Positions 41,080-54,154 of a stretch of 64,000 bases of DNA are shown piece by piece (positions within the stretch are counted from its first letter, which is position 1; each line of letters starts with the position of its first letter). The notes under the pieces were generated by a model, which saw only the letters and a list, made by a program, of their open reading frames with translations, had not been told where the DNA came from and ran no database searches. The stretch lies in NCBI GenBank assembly GCA_951406725.2, contig OX597816.1, positions 81,220,001-81,284,000 of the forward strand, written 5' to 3'. Source of the DNA: Octopus vulgaris (lineage: Eukaryota). The translations under genes and the position numbers were made by a program.

Positions 41080-42830
41080 TGATATTATCTGATACAGGAG
41101 GATCTCTAGTCGAGCTGGGAAAAGACATGTCTCGCGAACGGAACTCATACACATTCACGATCTTTGAATCCTTGCAATGACATAACCTTAGCACGTATCT
41201 GCACATCAGAAGCCGCGGTATGCCGAAGCCGTCATGCAGAGGATGCTGGTAGCAGACTGACCACCTGACCATTGGAACGCGTCCTTTCCACAACAAAATA
41301 AATAACAAGCGTTCCAACCTGAACGAGCCGTAGCCGGAGTAAGGTATGGCGGTTATGCTATAAACGACGACGGAGGGAATGTAAATATTCGCCACCTCTG
41401 CCACACCTTTCAGTGACGGCTTCCTCTCTGCTCATTCTTGGACAAGATTAGCCTTTACGTCACCTCATCCCAGTATTCTGTTCACTTGGAGGTCGGGACC
41501 AAACCAGCCCCGAGCACTTTAACTGGTCGATCAGTCCAGCGACCAACAACACCGCCCGACGGATTTGACCTGTCTCTTCAGGTGCCCAGTCACAAGCCTA
41601 CTGACTTGTTGGCGTTAATTTTGTCTCCTTTCGCCGACTCATTTCCTTTAAAATGGACCCGACCACCTCCACTTCGGAGGCGTCTGACACCATGACGATG
41701 ACATCGTCCGTGTATTCCGACACTGCTTTCCTGTGTCCCAGTTTAAATGGAATGTCCCTCAACTGTTCCAACTTCCGCAATAATGGCTTGAGAGTCAGAA
41801 CGAATAGGAGACGTGAGAGCGGGGAAACCCTGACGAACCGAGCGTGCGATGAGAAACCATTCCAATACGTAGCCATTTACTTTGACCACCGAGCAGGTAC
41901 CGCGTGTATTGCAGCGATCCATCCTATAAAAACGGGTCCGATCCTGACTGATTTCAGGACGGCTTCTAGATAACAATGGTCGATCCTCTCGAACGCCTTA
42001 GATTCAAATTGATGAGAACGCCACCGTAGGCAGCTCTCATTCCAATTATATGCCGTATCATATAAGGTGGAGGTTATCGTGGATAGACCTGTTCTGGATC
42101 ACGCATGTTTGTGCTTCTCCGACCAGACTACCGAGGACAAGTGCCAAAATCTTAAACTCTACGTTTAGCAGAGCTATGGACTGAAAATGTTCTAGTACGT
42201 CCTCTTTGCCGGTGTCCTTCCACACTCCAGCAAACAGCACTAGGAATTCTCTCATTCTGCTGCCATTTACAGTAGACGTCTACCAAGAGGCTACCAAATC
42301 TGGCATGAACTCATAGAATCCATGGGGTGGACCATCCAACCGGACGATTTACGACTTGTGCAACCGCTCATCACCTCCCGTATTTCTGCAGCCGTTATCG
42401 GCTTTTCGCAGAACCTTGCGTCCGCTGTCGAGAGCCGCGGCAAGCTGTCCAGGTACGTACTAAAGTCCGCTACCCGTCGCTAATCCTGTGGTTTTGGTCC
42501 TACGTCGTGTCTCCACCGTTATGGCCCACTGGACGTTTTTAGTTCCTTCGTATTTATGCATACGGACCTTAGATCTGACATCGCAGCTTTCCTGTTTCAC
42601 CCCGAAGAAATGGTCAAGGGCCATTCTCGCCGCTAGCCCGTGGGCCTTGCTATTTTTCCTAATTACCCCTTCTAGGTTGCTAATTAGTTCTCCTTCAAAT
42701 CTATTTCTTTGTATTGCTAGTATTGCTAAACACTCTCTCTAAATATGACCTGAATAACTCGTTGTGGCTGCCCCATGTCCACACTGGCGCATCAGGGAAA
42801 CCTAGTCGATACCTGTTATACAGCTGAAAA
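41080..42830 (-). mobile_element. Degraded L1/Tx1-clade LINE reverse transcriptase
   Basis: Frameshifted motifs in correct order: IALLNVEFKILA, QTCVIQNRSIHDNL, KAFER.DH, VNG....F...RSVRQG, PLSRLLFVLTLKPLL, EYTDDV (YADD). Confidence 0.85.
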
Positions 42831-43304
42831 TTTCTGAGCAGGTTTTCGAGACTTTCGTACCATCAACCTACCGACCGGATCCAAATGGTGATGATGATGA
42901 TGGTGGTGGGGAGGAGGATAAAGAGTATTGAATACGGTGTTGAATGAATATATATAATAGTTGATAAATATAACTACTTTTCAATGATTTCAAATTTCAT
43001 GCAAAATAGAGCATTCCGCAAATGATATAATTTTAGATGGATGGATATGATTCAAGCGAAGACTTTATAATAAATATAAGACTCGAGAGAACGCCTTCAT
43101 TCGAATGATATTCATCTGATTCATGCTCTGCTTAGCATGAAACTTAGTCATGGAAAAGTTGTAATATTTATCTACTGCATTGTAATGTGTGTGCGTGCGT
43201 GTGTTTCTGTGCGTGTGTGTGTGTGTACATAACACATATATTAAGGGAGATTGCTACACTAGTGACTCAAGCGCTTCTAGCTTCATGTGCGTCCGTGCGT
43301 GCGC

Positions 43305-43378
<74 letters not shown>

Positions 43379-43604
43379 GTGTGCGTGTGTGTGTGTGTGT
43401 GGTACAATTGAAATGCATGCACTCTATGCTGCCAGGAATAACACTATGCAATACAATGTAAACTTGATAAATAGAAAGCAGAAAGCAAAAACTAATAACG
43501 GTATGACATTGTAAAAAAAAAAATGTTCATTATACTGTGTAAGCAGTTGAGCATGAAGATACACAGAGACCAGTTTTATAAAAGTAGTGTAAAGCAATTT
43601 TCTT

Positions 43605-43862
43605 TTATTATTTTACTATTTTACTTGTTTCAGTCATTTGACTGCGGCCATGCTGGAGCACCGCCTTTAGTCGAACAAATTGACCCAATGACTTATTCTT
43701 TGTAAGCCAAGTACTTATTGTATCGGTCTCTTAAATACACCAGCATCGGTTGTCAAGCGATGGTGGGAGGACAAACACAGACACACAAATATATGCACAC
43801 ATACATATATTCCGTCTACCAAATCCACTTACAAGGTTTTGGTCGGCCCGAGGCTATAGTAG
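43605..43862 (-). mobile_element. SINE family A, internally deleted, abutting the hammerhead SINE
   Basis: TTTTACTTGTTTCAGTCATTTGACTGCGGCCATGCTGGAGCACC...GGCCCGAGGCTATAGTAGA. Confidence 0.8.
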
Positions 43863-44035
43863 ATTTGACGGATATTTGTCCTCATCTTGTTTGTTGTCCT
43901 GATCTTGTTTGTCGTTAACACAATGTTTCGGCTCATATACCCTCCAGCCTTCATCAGGTGTCTTGGGGAAATTTCGAACCTGGGTTCTCATTCCTAAGGT
44001 ATTTTTCGATGTTCTTCTTCTTCTTCTTCTTCTTC

Positions 44036-44090
<55 letters not shown>

Positions 44091-44150
44091 CTGCCCGGAA
44101 TCGAACTCGGAATCTTGGGGTTAGTAGCTCGCACTCTTTACCACTACGCC
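43863..44150 (-). mobile_element. Second, inverted copy of the tRNA-headed hammerhead SINE
   Basis: Reverse complement of ~44162-44428 (head, microsatellite, AACATCGAAAAATACCTTAGGAATGAGAAC body, HHR, GAGGACAAATATCC tail). Confidence 0.8.
43917..43962 (-). ncRNA. Minimal type I hammerhead ribozyme motif
   Basis: Minus strand reads GACAC-CTGATGA-A-GGCT-(12 nt)-AGCC-GAAA-CATT-GTGTT: helix I GACAC/GTGTT, intact core, helix II GGCT/AGCC, minimal helix III. Confidence 0.75.
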
Positions 44151-44153
44151 TAC

Positions 44154-44252
44154 GAGCATATGGCGTAGTGGTTAAGCGCGCGGGCTACTAACCCCAAGAT
44201 TCCGAGTTCGATTCCAGGCAGTGACATGAATAATAATAATAATAATAATAAT

Positions 44253-44298
<46 letters not shown>

Positions 44299-44472
44299 TC
44301 GAAAAATACCTTAGGAATGAGAACTCAGGTTCGAAATTTCCCCAAGACACCTGATAAAGGCTGGAGTGTATATCAACCGAAACGTTGTGTTAACAACAAA
44401 CAAGATGAGGACAAATATCCATCAAATGTAAATAATGTAACTAATGTACATAATTCCTCATCTCTTAAATAT
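44154..44472 (+). mobile_element. tRNA-derived SINE-like element with internal (AAT)/(AAC) microsatellite and 3' hammerhead motif
   Basis: A box TGGCGTAGTGG (44161-44171), B box GAGTTCGATTCC (44204-44215), anticodon-like hairpin GGG-CTACTAA-CCC, microsatellite, then HHR motif at 44346-44391; an inverted sister copy is adjacent. Confidence 0.8.
44346..44391 (+). ncRNA. Minimal type I hammerhead ribozyme motif (G8->A, probably inactive copy)
   Basis: GACAC-CTGATAA-A-GGCT-(12 nt)-AACC-GAAA-CGTT-GTGTT; palindromic ACGT helix III, one core and one helix II substitution. Confidence 0.65.
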
Positions 44473-44477
44473 ACAAC

Positions 44478-45894
44478 TGTATTTACGTTTCTACCTCAGC
44501 TTTTCGATTTTTACAATATATTACATTAAAGTATACTTATTATTCCCAATAAATTTTGTAGCAAGTGATTAATATCTAAATAATTTATAATAGAAAAAAT
44601 GTTTATTTGAAAATACAAGGCGAACAAAATCAGAAAACATGATGTAAAATTCAAGAAATCAAAATTTTGCCAGAAATGTTTATATTCCACATCAATATAT
44701 TACATCTCTTTATTTTTGATGACTTTAGTACATCTCCATCCACAGGATTTGACCAATTTCTGACCACAATTTTATTCAATTCGTCCAGAACTTTTTCCCA
44801 CAACGTCGTAACATTCACAGGTCGGTGTTCCCTGATCATATTGCCAAGTATCTTCCATAAGTTTTCAATGGGATTTAGGTCATGGATCTGAGCTGACCAA
44901 CGCATCACAATAATGTTTTCAGCTTCAAACACCTTAACTATTTTAGCACTGTGATATGGAGCACTATCCTGCCGAAAGATTGGCTGACGAGTTGGCGATG
45001 ACCTCATAGCTGGCACAACATGCTGCTGCAGAAAATGTTTTTGTACATGGCTGAAATCATCCCCACACCATTAAACCCCTACCTCCAAATTTCACCGATT
45101 TCTTTACGCATTCAGGAAGCAATCTACCATGAGAGCCAACCAAATTGAACTTGCTTGCGTCACTGAAAAAGTTATGATCCGTCATAGTACTTGCTTGTTG
45201 GTAAAGACTAACCTCGCTTTTCGGTTCTTCATACTAATGAGAGGTTTCATGGTCGTAGATCGCGCATGTAGTCCGACTTCCTTCAAACAACGAGCCACAG
45301 TCTTCCGAGACATATTCATTCTGCAGTCACGATTTACTTGGCGAAAAATTCCTGCAGCAGTATCGAAACAGTCGTTTAACGATAGCCACTGAATCAGTTT
45401 TGCCGAACACTTTTTCGTGGTCTCCCTGGTTTTCCTAATGACACAAACGAGCTTGTTTCTTCATAATGCTTCAGTATTCTTGAAGCAACACCCTTTGATC
45501 TGTCAATGTCTCTGCCGACAACAGAAATTGCCATTCTTTCTTTTTCAATGTGACAGCTCGCCTCCTTGAGGCATTCAACTTTACATTGGCTTTACATTGG
45601 TTGTTAAAATCTTCGCACTGTTAGGTTATTTTGGTTTACATTGGCCGGAGTGTTGCCAGATTTTTCCTTTTTCAAATTTACACTTTACGTTCCTTAATTT
45701 TGTCCATCTTGTATATTTCAAATAAACATTTTCTCTACTATAAATTATTTAGTTACTAAGCACTTCCTACAAAATTTATTGAGAGTAATGAACATACTTT
45801 AAAGTAGATACAGTAAAAATCCCATTCAGAAAAATGAAGTAGAAATGTAAATATCTTTAATTAGATTTTCGTTCTCTAATTTTGACCACCTCTG
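44478..45894 (-). mobile_element. Decayed Tc1-family DNA transposon with long (~200 bp) inverted repeats
   Basis: Transposase relics VKKSVKFGG.GLMVWG, FRQDSAPYH, WSAQIHDLNPIENLW; terminus TA|CAGAGGTGGTCAAAA at 45894; ~44480-44652 is inverted-similar to ~45675-45853. Confidence 0.85.
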
Positions 45895-45895
45895 T

Positions 45896-45954
<59 letters not shown>

Positions 45955-46130
45955 AAACAACTTAAAAATAATGGTCATTATATATAATTCCTTTACTTGA
46001 GCAATCTTGGCTTTGTTTCCAGTAATCATTATAGGTAATTCAATTGGTCTATTGAGACAAATTGAATGACCTTAGAAAATCCTACTTTCGTCAGAGCCAT
46101 TTTTGGACGTATAAGTATATATATAATATA

Positions 46131-46290
46131 CGACGGGCTTTTTTCAATTTCCGTCAACTAAATCTACTTACACGGCTGTGGTCGGCCATAAGGCTATAGT
46201 AGAAGACCCTTGTCCAGGTTCCACGCAGTGGGACTGAACCCGGACCCATGTGGTTGGGAAGCAAGCTTCTTACCACACAGCCGCGCCTGC
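46131..46290 (-). mobile_element. SINE family A, 5' half
   Basis: CGACGGGCTT...GGGACTGAACCCGG...TACCACACAGCC. Confidence 0.75.
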
Positions 46291-46729
46291 ACCTCTCTTT
46301 ACTTCGTTTCAATCTATCTACTAAACCAATCTCTAAACTTTTTTTTTATCCACCTCATTTCTGTTCATGCTTCTCTCTTTGTCTTCATTAACATCCCACC
46401 TCTTCTTTCTCTCACTCTGCCTTTCTCTTCCCCAGTCATTTCATTACGCTATCCCTCTTCCTTTACTCTCACAGATTCTCTTTATATTTTTCTTGCTCAT
46501 TCTTTTTTTTTTTTTTTTTCTCTGGCATGCTTTCTCTCAAGTTCTATTTTTCATACTTTTGAATTTAACCTCTTCTTTAAAACACCTTTTTATTCACTTT
46601 CCATTTTCGACAGTTGCTTGCCTCATTCTCTACTTCTTGTCTATCCATCTAGAGATATCTATCTCTTTATCATTCTATCTATATTCACGCGTATGTGTGT
46701 ACATATATATATGTGTATATATATATGTG

Positions 46730-46787
<58 letters not shown>

Positions 46788-46791
<4 letters not shown>

Positions 46792-47083
46792 GGTTGTGAG
46801 CTCGAATCCCGGACGGAGCTGCGTGTTGTGTTCATGAGCAAGGCACTTTATTTCACGTTGCTCCAGTTCACTCAGCTGTAGAAATGAGTTGCGACGTCAC
46901 AGGTGCCAAGCTGTATCGGCCCTTGCCTTTCCCTTGGACAACATCGGTGACGTGGAGATGGGAGGCCGGTATGCATGGGCGACTGCTGGTCTTCCATAAA
47001 ACAACCTTGCCCAGACTTGTGCCTCAGAGGGTATCTCTCTAGGTGCAAACCCATGGTCAGTGCCTGACCGAAGGGGGTCTTTA
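46788..47083 (+). mobile_element. tRNA-derived SINE, family B
   Basis: B box GAGCTCGAATCCC; body matches 13950-14205. Confidence 0.8.
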
Positions 47084-47102
47084 CCTTTTTATATATATAT
47101 AC

Positions 47103-47165
<63 letters not shown>

Positions 47166-47745
47166 CATATATATATACACAAACACATACACACATGCGT
47201 AGATATAATATATATTCTCTCTCTCTCCTTCTCTCTCTCACTCCCCCTCCCTCCCTCTCTATTTATCTTCTTTTGTCCGCCCCCGCCAACTCTCTCGCTC
47301 TCTTTTATAATAAGTTCACTGTATCAAATATTATGCTCACTTTCACCCTTCTATTATGAAACTAATATCACATTCATTTTTTCTCTCTCTCTCTCTCACT
47401 CTCTCTCTCTCACTCTCTCTCTCTCCCTCTTTCTCTCTACCCTCTCTGTTTCTCCGTACACCATATTTTCACTTCTCTTTCACTCTGTTTTATGCACCTA
47501 TCTTCATCTTCGTTTGTCTCTCTCTCTCTCCCACTCTCCCTCTCTCTCTCCCACTCTCCCTTTCTCTCTCTCCTACTACCTCTCTCTCCCTCTCTTTCTC
47601 TCTCTCTCTCTTACACACACGCACTCCCTCTGTCTCTCTCACACATACATACACACACACGCACTCGCACACATACACATACACTGATTCTTTTGACTGT
47701 TACTTTGTTTTTGCAGGAGTATGTCTGTAAGTTCAAGTAATAGCT

Positions 47746-47779
<34 letters not shown>

Positions 47780-48099
47780 AACGTAACTCTAAACTCTTTA
47801 CTGCTTGCTTTTTTCTTTCAAACTACCAATCTTTCTCTCTCTCCCTCTCTCTCTTTCTTCACTCTCTTTTTTTTCCCACTTTCTCTTTATCTCTTTTTCT
47901 CGCACACCATTTCTGTCTCTCTACCAATCACTCCTCTTTTTCTATCTTTATTCTCCCACTCGCTTTCTTTCTCTATTTTTCATATTTCCTCACACCTATT
48001 TGTCTTTCTCTTAAGTTTTTCCTTTTCTGTCGCTCTATTTCTACCTCTCTATCGTCCTCCTTCACACTCTTCATCACAGGCTTTCTGTTATTCATTTTA

Positions 48100-49068
48100 T
48101 TGCGATTGTTGTTGCTACCGCTCATCTATTGTTGCAACAATTGCAATTACAGGTGTTGTTGCAAGTGTTTCTGTTGTTGTTGCCGCTGCAGTGTTATTGC
48201 TATTGTTGTTGTTTAAGCTGCTGTTGGTGTTGCTGTATTGCTACTGTTGATGCTACTATTATTTTTGTTCTTGTTGTGACTACATTGTTGTTAATTTTGC
48301 TGCTGTTATTGCTATTACTCCTGTTGTTACCTTTATTGTCGTTGCTACTGTAGTAGAGTTGCTAATATTGTTGTTGTCGTCGTTGTTGTTGTTGCTGCTG
48401 CTGCTCCTGTATTGTTCCTGTTTCGTTGTTATTGTTATTGTTATTGTTGCTATTGTTGAAGTTATTGTCGTTGCTGCTGCAATGCTGTTGCTTTTACTAC
48501 AATTGTTGTTGCTAATGTTGATATTATTGTTGTAGCTACTACAGTTGTATAATATTGTTGATACTGCAATATTGTTGCTATTCCTGCTACTATGTTGTTG
48601 CTATTTAGTTGCTTCCTTTGCTGTTGCTTTTGCTGTTATTGTTTTTGCTACTGCAGTGGTGTTGCTAACATGTTTGTTACTACAGTGTTGTTGCTAATTT
48701 GTTGTTACTGTTCTCGCTGCTATTGTTGTTATTGCCATTGCTGCTGCAGTGGTATAATAGTGTTGCTACAGTAGCATTGTTGCTATTTTGTGATTACAAT
48801 TGTCGTTGATATTGTTGTTATTGCCGCTATAGTAGCGTTGTTGCTATTTTGTGATTACTGTTGTCGTTGCTATTGTTGTTATTGCAGTTACCGCCGCAGT
48901 GGTATAATATTATTGCTATAGCTGTGTAGATGTTTTGATGCTGCTACTTTTGATGATGTTGTTGTTGTTGTTGTTGCTGTTGATACTGCTGTTATTACGA
49001 CACCTACCAGTGTTGTTGTTGTTACTATTGCAGTTCTTGTTATGGCTGCTGCTGCTGCTACTGTTGAT
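48100..49068. repeat. Cryptic (TGT/TGC)n low-complexity tract
   Basis: About 1 kb of degenerate triplets; complementary composition to 2645-3730. Confidence 0.8.
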
Positions 49069-50021
49069 GCGTGTGTATACGTGTATATGTATGTGTCTAT
49101 ACATGTCTGTATATGATCGGTTATTTAGAAAACACACACACACACACACACAAGTACACCTTCACCACCATCTTAACATACATACTATTATATATTTAAT
49201 ACACCCCCTTATCTACAATTACAGCTTTTACGCCAATCCACGATCACCGCCAAAAATAACTACCCTGGTTCTCCCCTGTAACAAGCGTTGTTACTGCTAC
49301 TTTTGTCATTACACGTGGAACCACTTCATACCTATCTCTTTCTCGTGTCTCTCCCTGTCTATCTATATTTCTCTCTATTTCTCTCTCTTCTATGTATACA
49401 TGTATTTTCTTCTATTACCTATCTATCTCTAAGTTTATCATTCTTCCTCTCTAATCTTTCGGTCTATCAATCCAACTTTGGGTCTGCTTTACCTATCTCA
49501 TTCCATGTCTGTATGTCTGTCTATCTATCGATAAATCCATCAAGCTATGTGCCAGTCAATATATCTATCAATACTCTTTTCTCTCTCACTCCGCTTAGCC
49601 TCTCTCTCTCTCTTTCTCTCCCTCTTTCTTTCTCTCCCTCTCTCTGTTTCTTTCGCTTTTTCTCCCTCTGTCTAACTTTCTACCTAATCGATTTATCTGG
49701 GTTTCTTTTCCCGTGTCCCTCTCTCGCTCTGATTTACTACACCTCTGTATTTCTCTCTCCCACTCTCTCCTTCTCTCTCTAAAACTCATTCACTCTCTAT
49801 CTGCCTCTCTTTCTCTTTCTCTCCCTTATGCTCTCTCTCTCTCACTCACTCTCCATCTTCCTCTCACTTTCTCTCTCTTACGAGCTCTCTCTATCACTCT
49901 CACACACACACACACTCTCTCTCTCTCTCTCTTTCTCTCCTACCTGACCGCATACATACATTCGCATACAGAGAGGAATACACACTTAGCGTACACACAA
50001 CAAACATTCAAACACTCAAAT

Positions 50022-50022
50022 C

Positions 50023-50121
<99 letters not shown>

Positions 50122-50142
50122 CATACATACATACATACATAC
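50022..50142. repeat. (GATA)n(CATA)n microsatellite
   Basis: Direct inspection. Confidence 0.95.
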
Positions 50143-50209
50143 ACACAAACACTCACCCCTCCCTATGTCATTTTCCTTTTGCTCTCTCTCTTACCAGTTC
50201 TCTTCTTGT

Positions 50210-50255
<46 letters not shown>

Positions 50256-50512
50256 GCTCTTGATCTTTCTTCCTGTCTGTAGTGCACACTCTGACACATT
50301 ACACTCATACATCTTAGAGAACAAGTACATTCATACACAACCAAATACATCGTTTTTTTTTCTTCCTTCTTTTAAAAAAAAATATTTATTTCGCAGTTAC
50401 CCTGTACCAACATCCCATTCACAAACACGTCTTCTCAAACAGGCACTCACAAAACTAAATAACAGAAGGCTCCCGAGCACACTGATTCAGTCACAGCCAA
50501 ACGTGCACCTTC

Positions 50513-50567
<55 letters not shown>

Positions 50568-50963
50568 CATATATATATATATACACACGCACACACACAC
50601 GTACACATTGGTAGAACGCTTCAATTAAGTACATACATACATACACACTCACACAAACACACACAGTGCATACACCCATGTCATTTCATATGTGCATACA
50701 GATGAATGCACACACATACAGAACAAATAATAGATCAACACATATATATGCACATCACATCACATCAAATACACATTTCTCCCTAACTTTCAGTGCCCTC
50801 TTCTAGATGTCTCTCTCTTTTCCCTTAATAGTACACACGTACAGTAAACGGATATGAGAGAGAGGGAGGAGGGCTGACAACGAAAATGAGCGACAGGGCT
50901 TGCTGTAGATTTATACTAGTATATATTAACAGAGTGACTCAAAGTCCAAGAGTTTCGAATACT

Positions 50964-51030
<67 letters not shown>

Positions 51031-51145
51031 ATAATAACAAAGGGTAAAATTAATTAATTAACTAGTAATCAATAATTTCACCAAGTAGAATTCGGCATGA
51101 CAAGGGACCATTTCTCGGTAAACTTAAGTAATATTTTATAATTAG

Positions 51146-51223
51146 GGTTCAGCAAAGATTTGCTTTACCACATACCGAAGTTTAGAAATACCACAGAAAT
51201 GTGGTAAAGCAAATCTTTGCTGA

Positions 51224-51226
<3 letters not shown>
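51146..51226. repeat. Perfect 28-bp inverted repeat with 25-nt spacer
   Basis: GGTTCAGCAAAGATTTGCTTTACCACAT (51146-51173) / ATGTGGTAAAGCAAATCTTTGCTGAACC (51199-51226). Confidence 0.9.
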
Positions 51227-51305
<79 letters not shown>

Positions 51306-51694
51306 AGTAACAAAAGAGAGAAATAAAAATGAGAAGTAGGAAGAGGAAAATACAGAGACAAAGGCGGAGGGAGAATACATTTACATCTGTATAGATACTT
51401 ACAGATACATTTCAAACCCAGATACATATTAAGATAGAAAGACGGCACATGAAACATTCTCTGACGCCCACATTTAAAAATACACTCACACACGCACACA
51501 CGCAAACACTCTTCGTACATCACAAATACAATGTTCTCTAATGGATGACACGTTATGTTGACGCATTGACATCTCATCCATGTTACTTCGTCACACCATT
51601 AGGTATTCCGTCATAGACTCACAAACACTATATACCGCGTACACACACGCATACGCGTATATAACATACGCGCGTGCACATATAGATAACTATG

Positions 51695-52040
51695 TATTGG
51701 GTTAAGGAATAATTCACATTTAAAAATGCCCGCAGAAATGAAACGTATTGGCAAAATGTTTTATGTTATTTGAGAGAGTAGTGTGTTTTGAGTTTTTAAC
51801 TTTATTGATTTTTGTGTATTTTCAGATCATTAAAATGGAATGTCAAATGGACAAAAACTGAGCATTTTCGACACCATTTGCTTTTTGCATTTAATCGAGG
51901 TATTAAGCGCGCCGATGTTGCTCGTGAGATTTGTGCTGTGTATGGAGAAGAAACAATGCTTCGAAGTACCTCCCGCTGTTGGTTTTCGCGCTTCAAAAAT
52001 GGGAATTTTGACCTCAAAGACGGTTCACTTAACGGTCGAC
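51695..52040 (+). mobile_element. 5' fragment of a mariner element
   Basis: TATTGGGTT-type terminus, then EHFRHHLLFAFNRG...AREICAVYGE...RCWFSRFKNGNFDLKD (mariner HTH). Confidence 0.8.
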
Positions 52041-52564
52041 AAATGTGTCTTATTTCTGCGCGCATTTTTAAATTTGAAAAAAAAAACGCTCATGAATTAT
52101 TCCTCAACCTAATATATACATATATTATTCTATACATCTTTTATCTTTTACTTGTTTCAGTCATTAGAATACGGCCATACTGGGGCACCGGCTTGAAGAA
52201 TTGTAACCGAATCGACCCCAGTCCTTATTTTTATTCTAAACCTGGTACTTCTATTGCCGAACAGCTACGTTACGGGAACGGAAACACATCAACGTAGATT
52301 GTCAAAGACACACACACACACACACACACATGCATATATATATATATACATATCTTTTAATTTGTTTACAGGAAACCTTTTGAATATGCAAATCAAGCTC
52401 TTATTCCATTATACCGACCAGTCAAATGATGGTGACTGGTGAACCAGTTTTGGGGATTGAATCGAGCGATATCGATATAATGTAGGATAAATATAGTAAT
52501 AATAACAATAATCTTTGGATGGAATTTATAAACAATTAATGCATCTAAAGATTATTGTTGTTAT

Positions 52565-52601
<37 letters not shown>

Positions 52602-52862
52602 TGTATGTATGTATGTATGTATGTATGTACAACACATTTTTGCCAGCTGAGTGAACTGTATTTCAAAGGGACGGCATTGTCACTCTCTGTGTCACGCCTC
52701 TGAGAACTACATTAGGGGTATGCGTGTCTGTGGATTGCTCAGTCACTTGCACGTTAATTTCACGAGCAGGCTGTTCCGTTGATCTTATCAGCTGGGACCC
52801 TCGTCGTCGTAACCGACGGCGTGCTCCTATTGTATGTACGTATTGTGTGTGCGTGTGTGTAT

Positions 52863-53319
52863 ACGACGGGCTTTTTTCAGTTTCCGTCTACCAAATCCAC
52901 TCACATGGCCTTCGTCTGCTCGAGCAGAAGATACTTGTCCAAGCTGTAACGCAATGGGTTCTGAATCCTGAACAATATGGTTGGGAAGCAAACTTTTTAC
53001 CACACTGCCAATCCCGTGCTTGTATGCATATTCCTTTATTTTTTATTCTCTTACTTGTTTCAGTCATTTGACAGCGGTCATACTGGAGCATCGTTGTGGT
53101 CGAGCAAATCGACCCCAGGACCTATTCTTTGTAAGCCTAGTACTTATTCTATTGGTCTCTTTTGCCGAACCACTAAGTTGCGGGGACGAAAACACACAAC
53201 CATCGGTTGTCAAGCGATGTTCGGGGGACAAACACAGGCACACAAACATATACACACATATACATATATATATATATACACATACACACACGCACATATA
53301 TATACATGTGCATGTATGT

Positions 53320-53366
<47 letters not shown>

Positions 53367-53527
53367 CATAGGGCAGCTTTCTTTTAGTTTCCGTCTACCA
53401 AATCCACTCACAAGGCTTTGGTCGGCCCGCCCGAGGCTATAGTTGATGACACTTGCCCAAGGTGCCACGCAGTGGGGCTGAACCCGGAACCATGTGGTTA
53501 GTAAGCAAACTACTTACCACACAGCCA
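52863..53527 (-). mobile_element. Two tandem SINE family A copies (52863-53020 partial, 53040-53527 near full)
   Basis: Reverse-complement matches to 18700-19096. Confidence 0.8.
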
Positions 53528-53799
53528 TATATATATCAATGTTTTTAAGTTATATGTGAAAACACATTCAGCATTTAATTGAAGTATTAATACGTTTTTA
53601 TAAGTGCATATTAATTTTTGTCAGTGATTACTATGTCAATTATTTCATTGTAAAAAATTTCATATATACATTGGAACTGAAGCTCTATTCCCTAGAGAGA
53701 AAGCGTGAAAATGTGCAGTGATATCCTCCGTCTAGAATAAGGACCCAGTACTGTAACAGCTTGGATTTTAAGGATCCACATCTGTTCAACATTCTGCCG

Positions 53800-53839
<40 letters not shown>

Positions 53840-53840
<1 letters not shown>

Positions 53841-54087
53841 AAATTAATAAATAAAATAAAACATATGCATATATACATACATATATGTATGTACCTACTT
53901 CTACATGTATATATACATGCATATATGGGTACAGGACACCAAAAAATCGTCGAACAGGATGAGAAACGAAAACATAAACACAAAACCAAGGAATTGGACA
54001 TTTTTCTTAAACAACGAAAAAATAGAGTACAGGACATACAATACAAGGAAAATTCTTCAGTCGCCTTTGTTTCATCCACTCCGCGTT

Positions 54088-54090
<3 letters not shown>
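53840..54090 (-). mobile_element. Diverged fragment of the 16311-17619 repeat family
   Basis: Minus strand CGAAACG...GATGAAAC...GCGACTGAAGAA...GTCCTGTA...TTTTGGTGTCCTGTAC...TACATGTAGA.GTAGGTAC parallels 16550-16786. Confidence 0.65.

Positions 54091-54154
<64 letters not shown>

Noticed and set aside
44154-44225. Possible tRNA gene
   Set aside because: No good acceptor stem or oligo-T terminator; it continues into a repeat body, so it is a SINE head.
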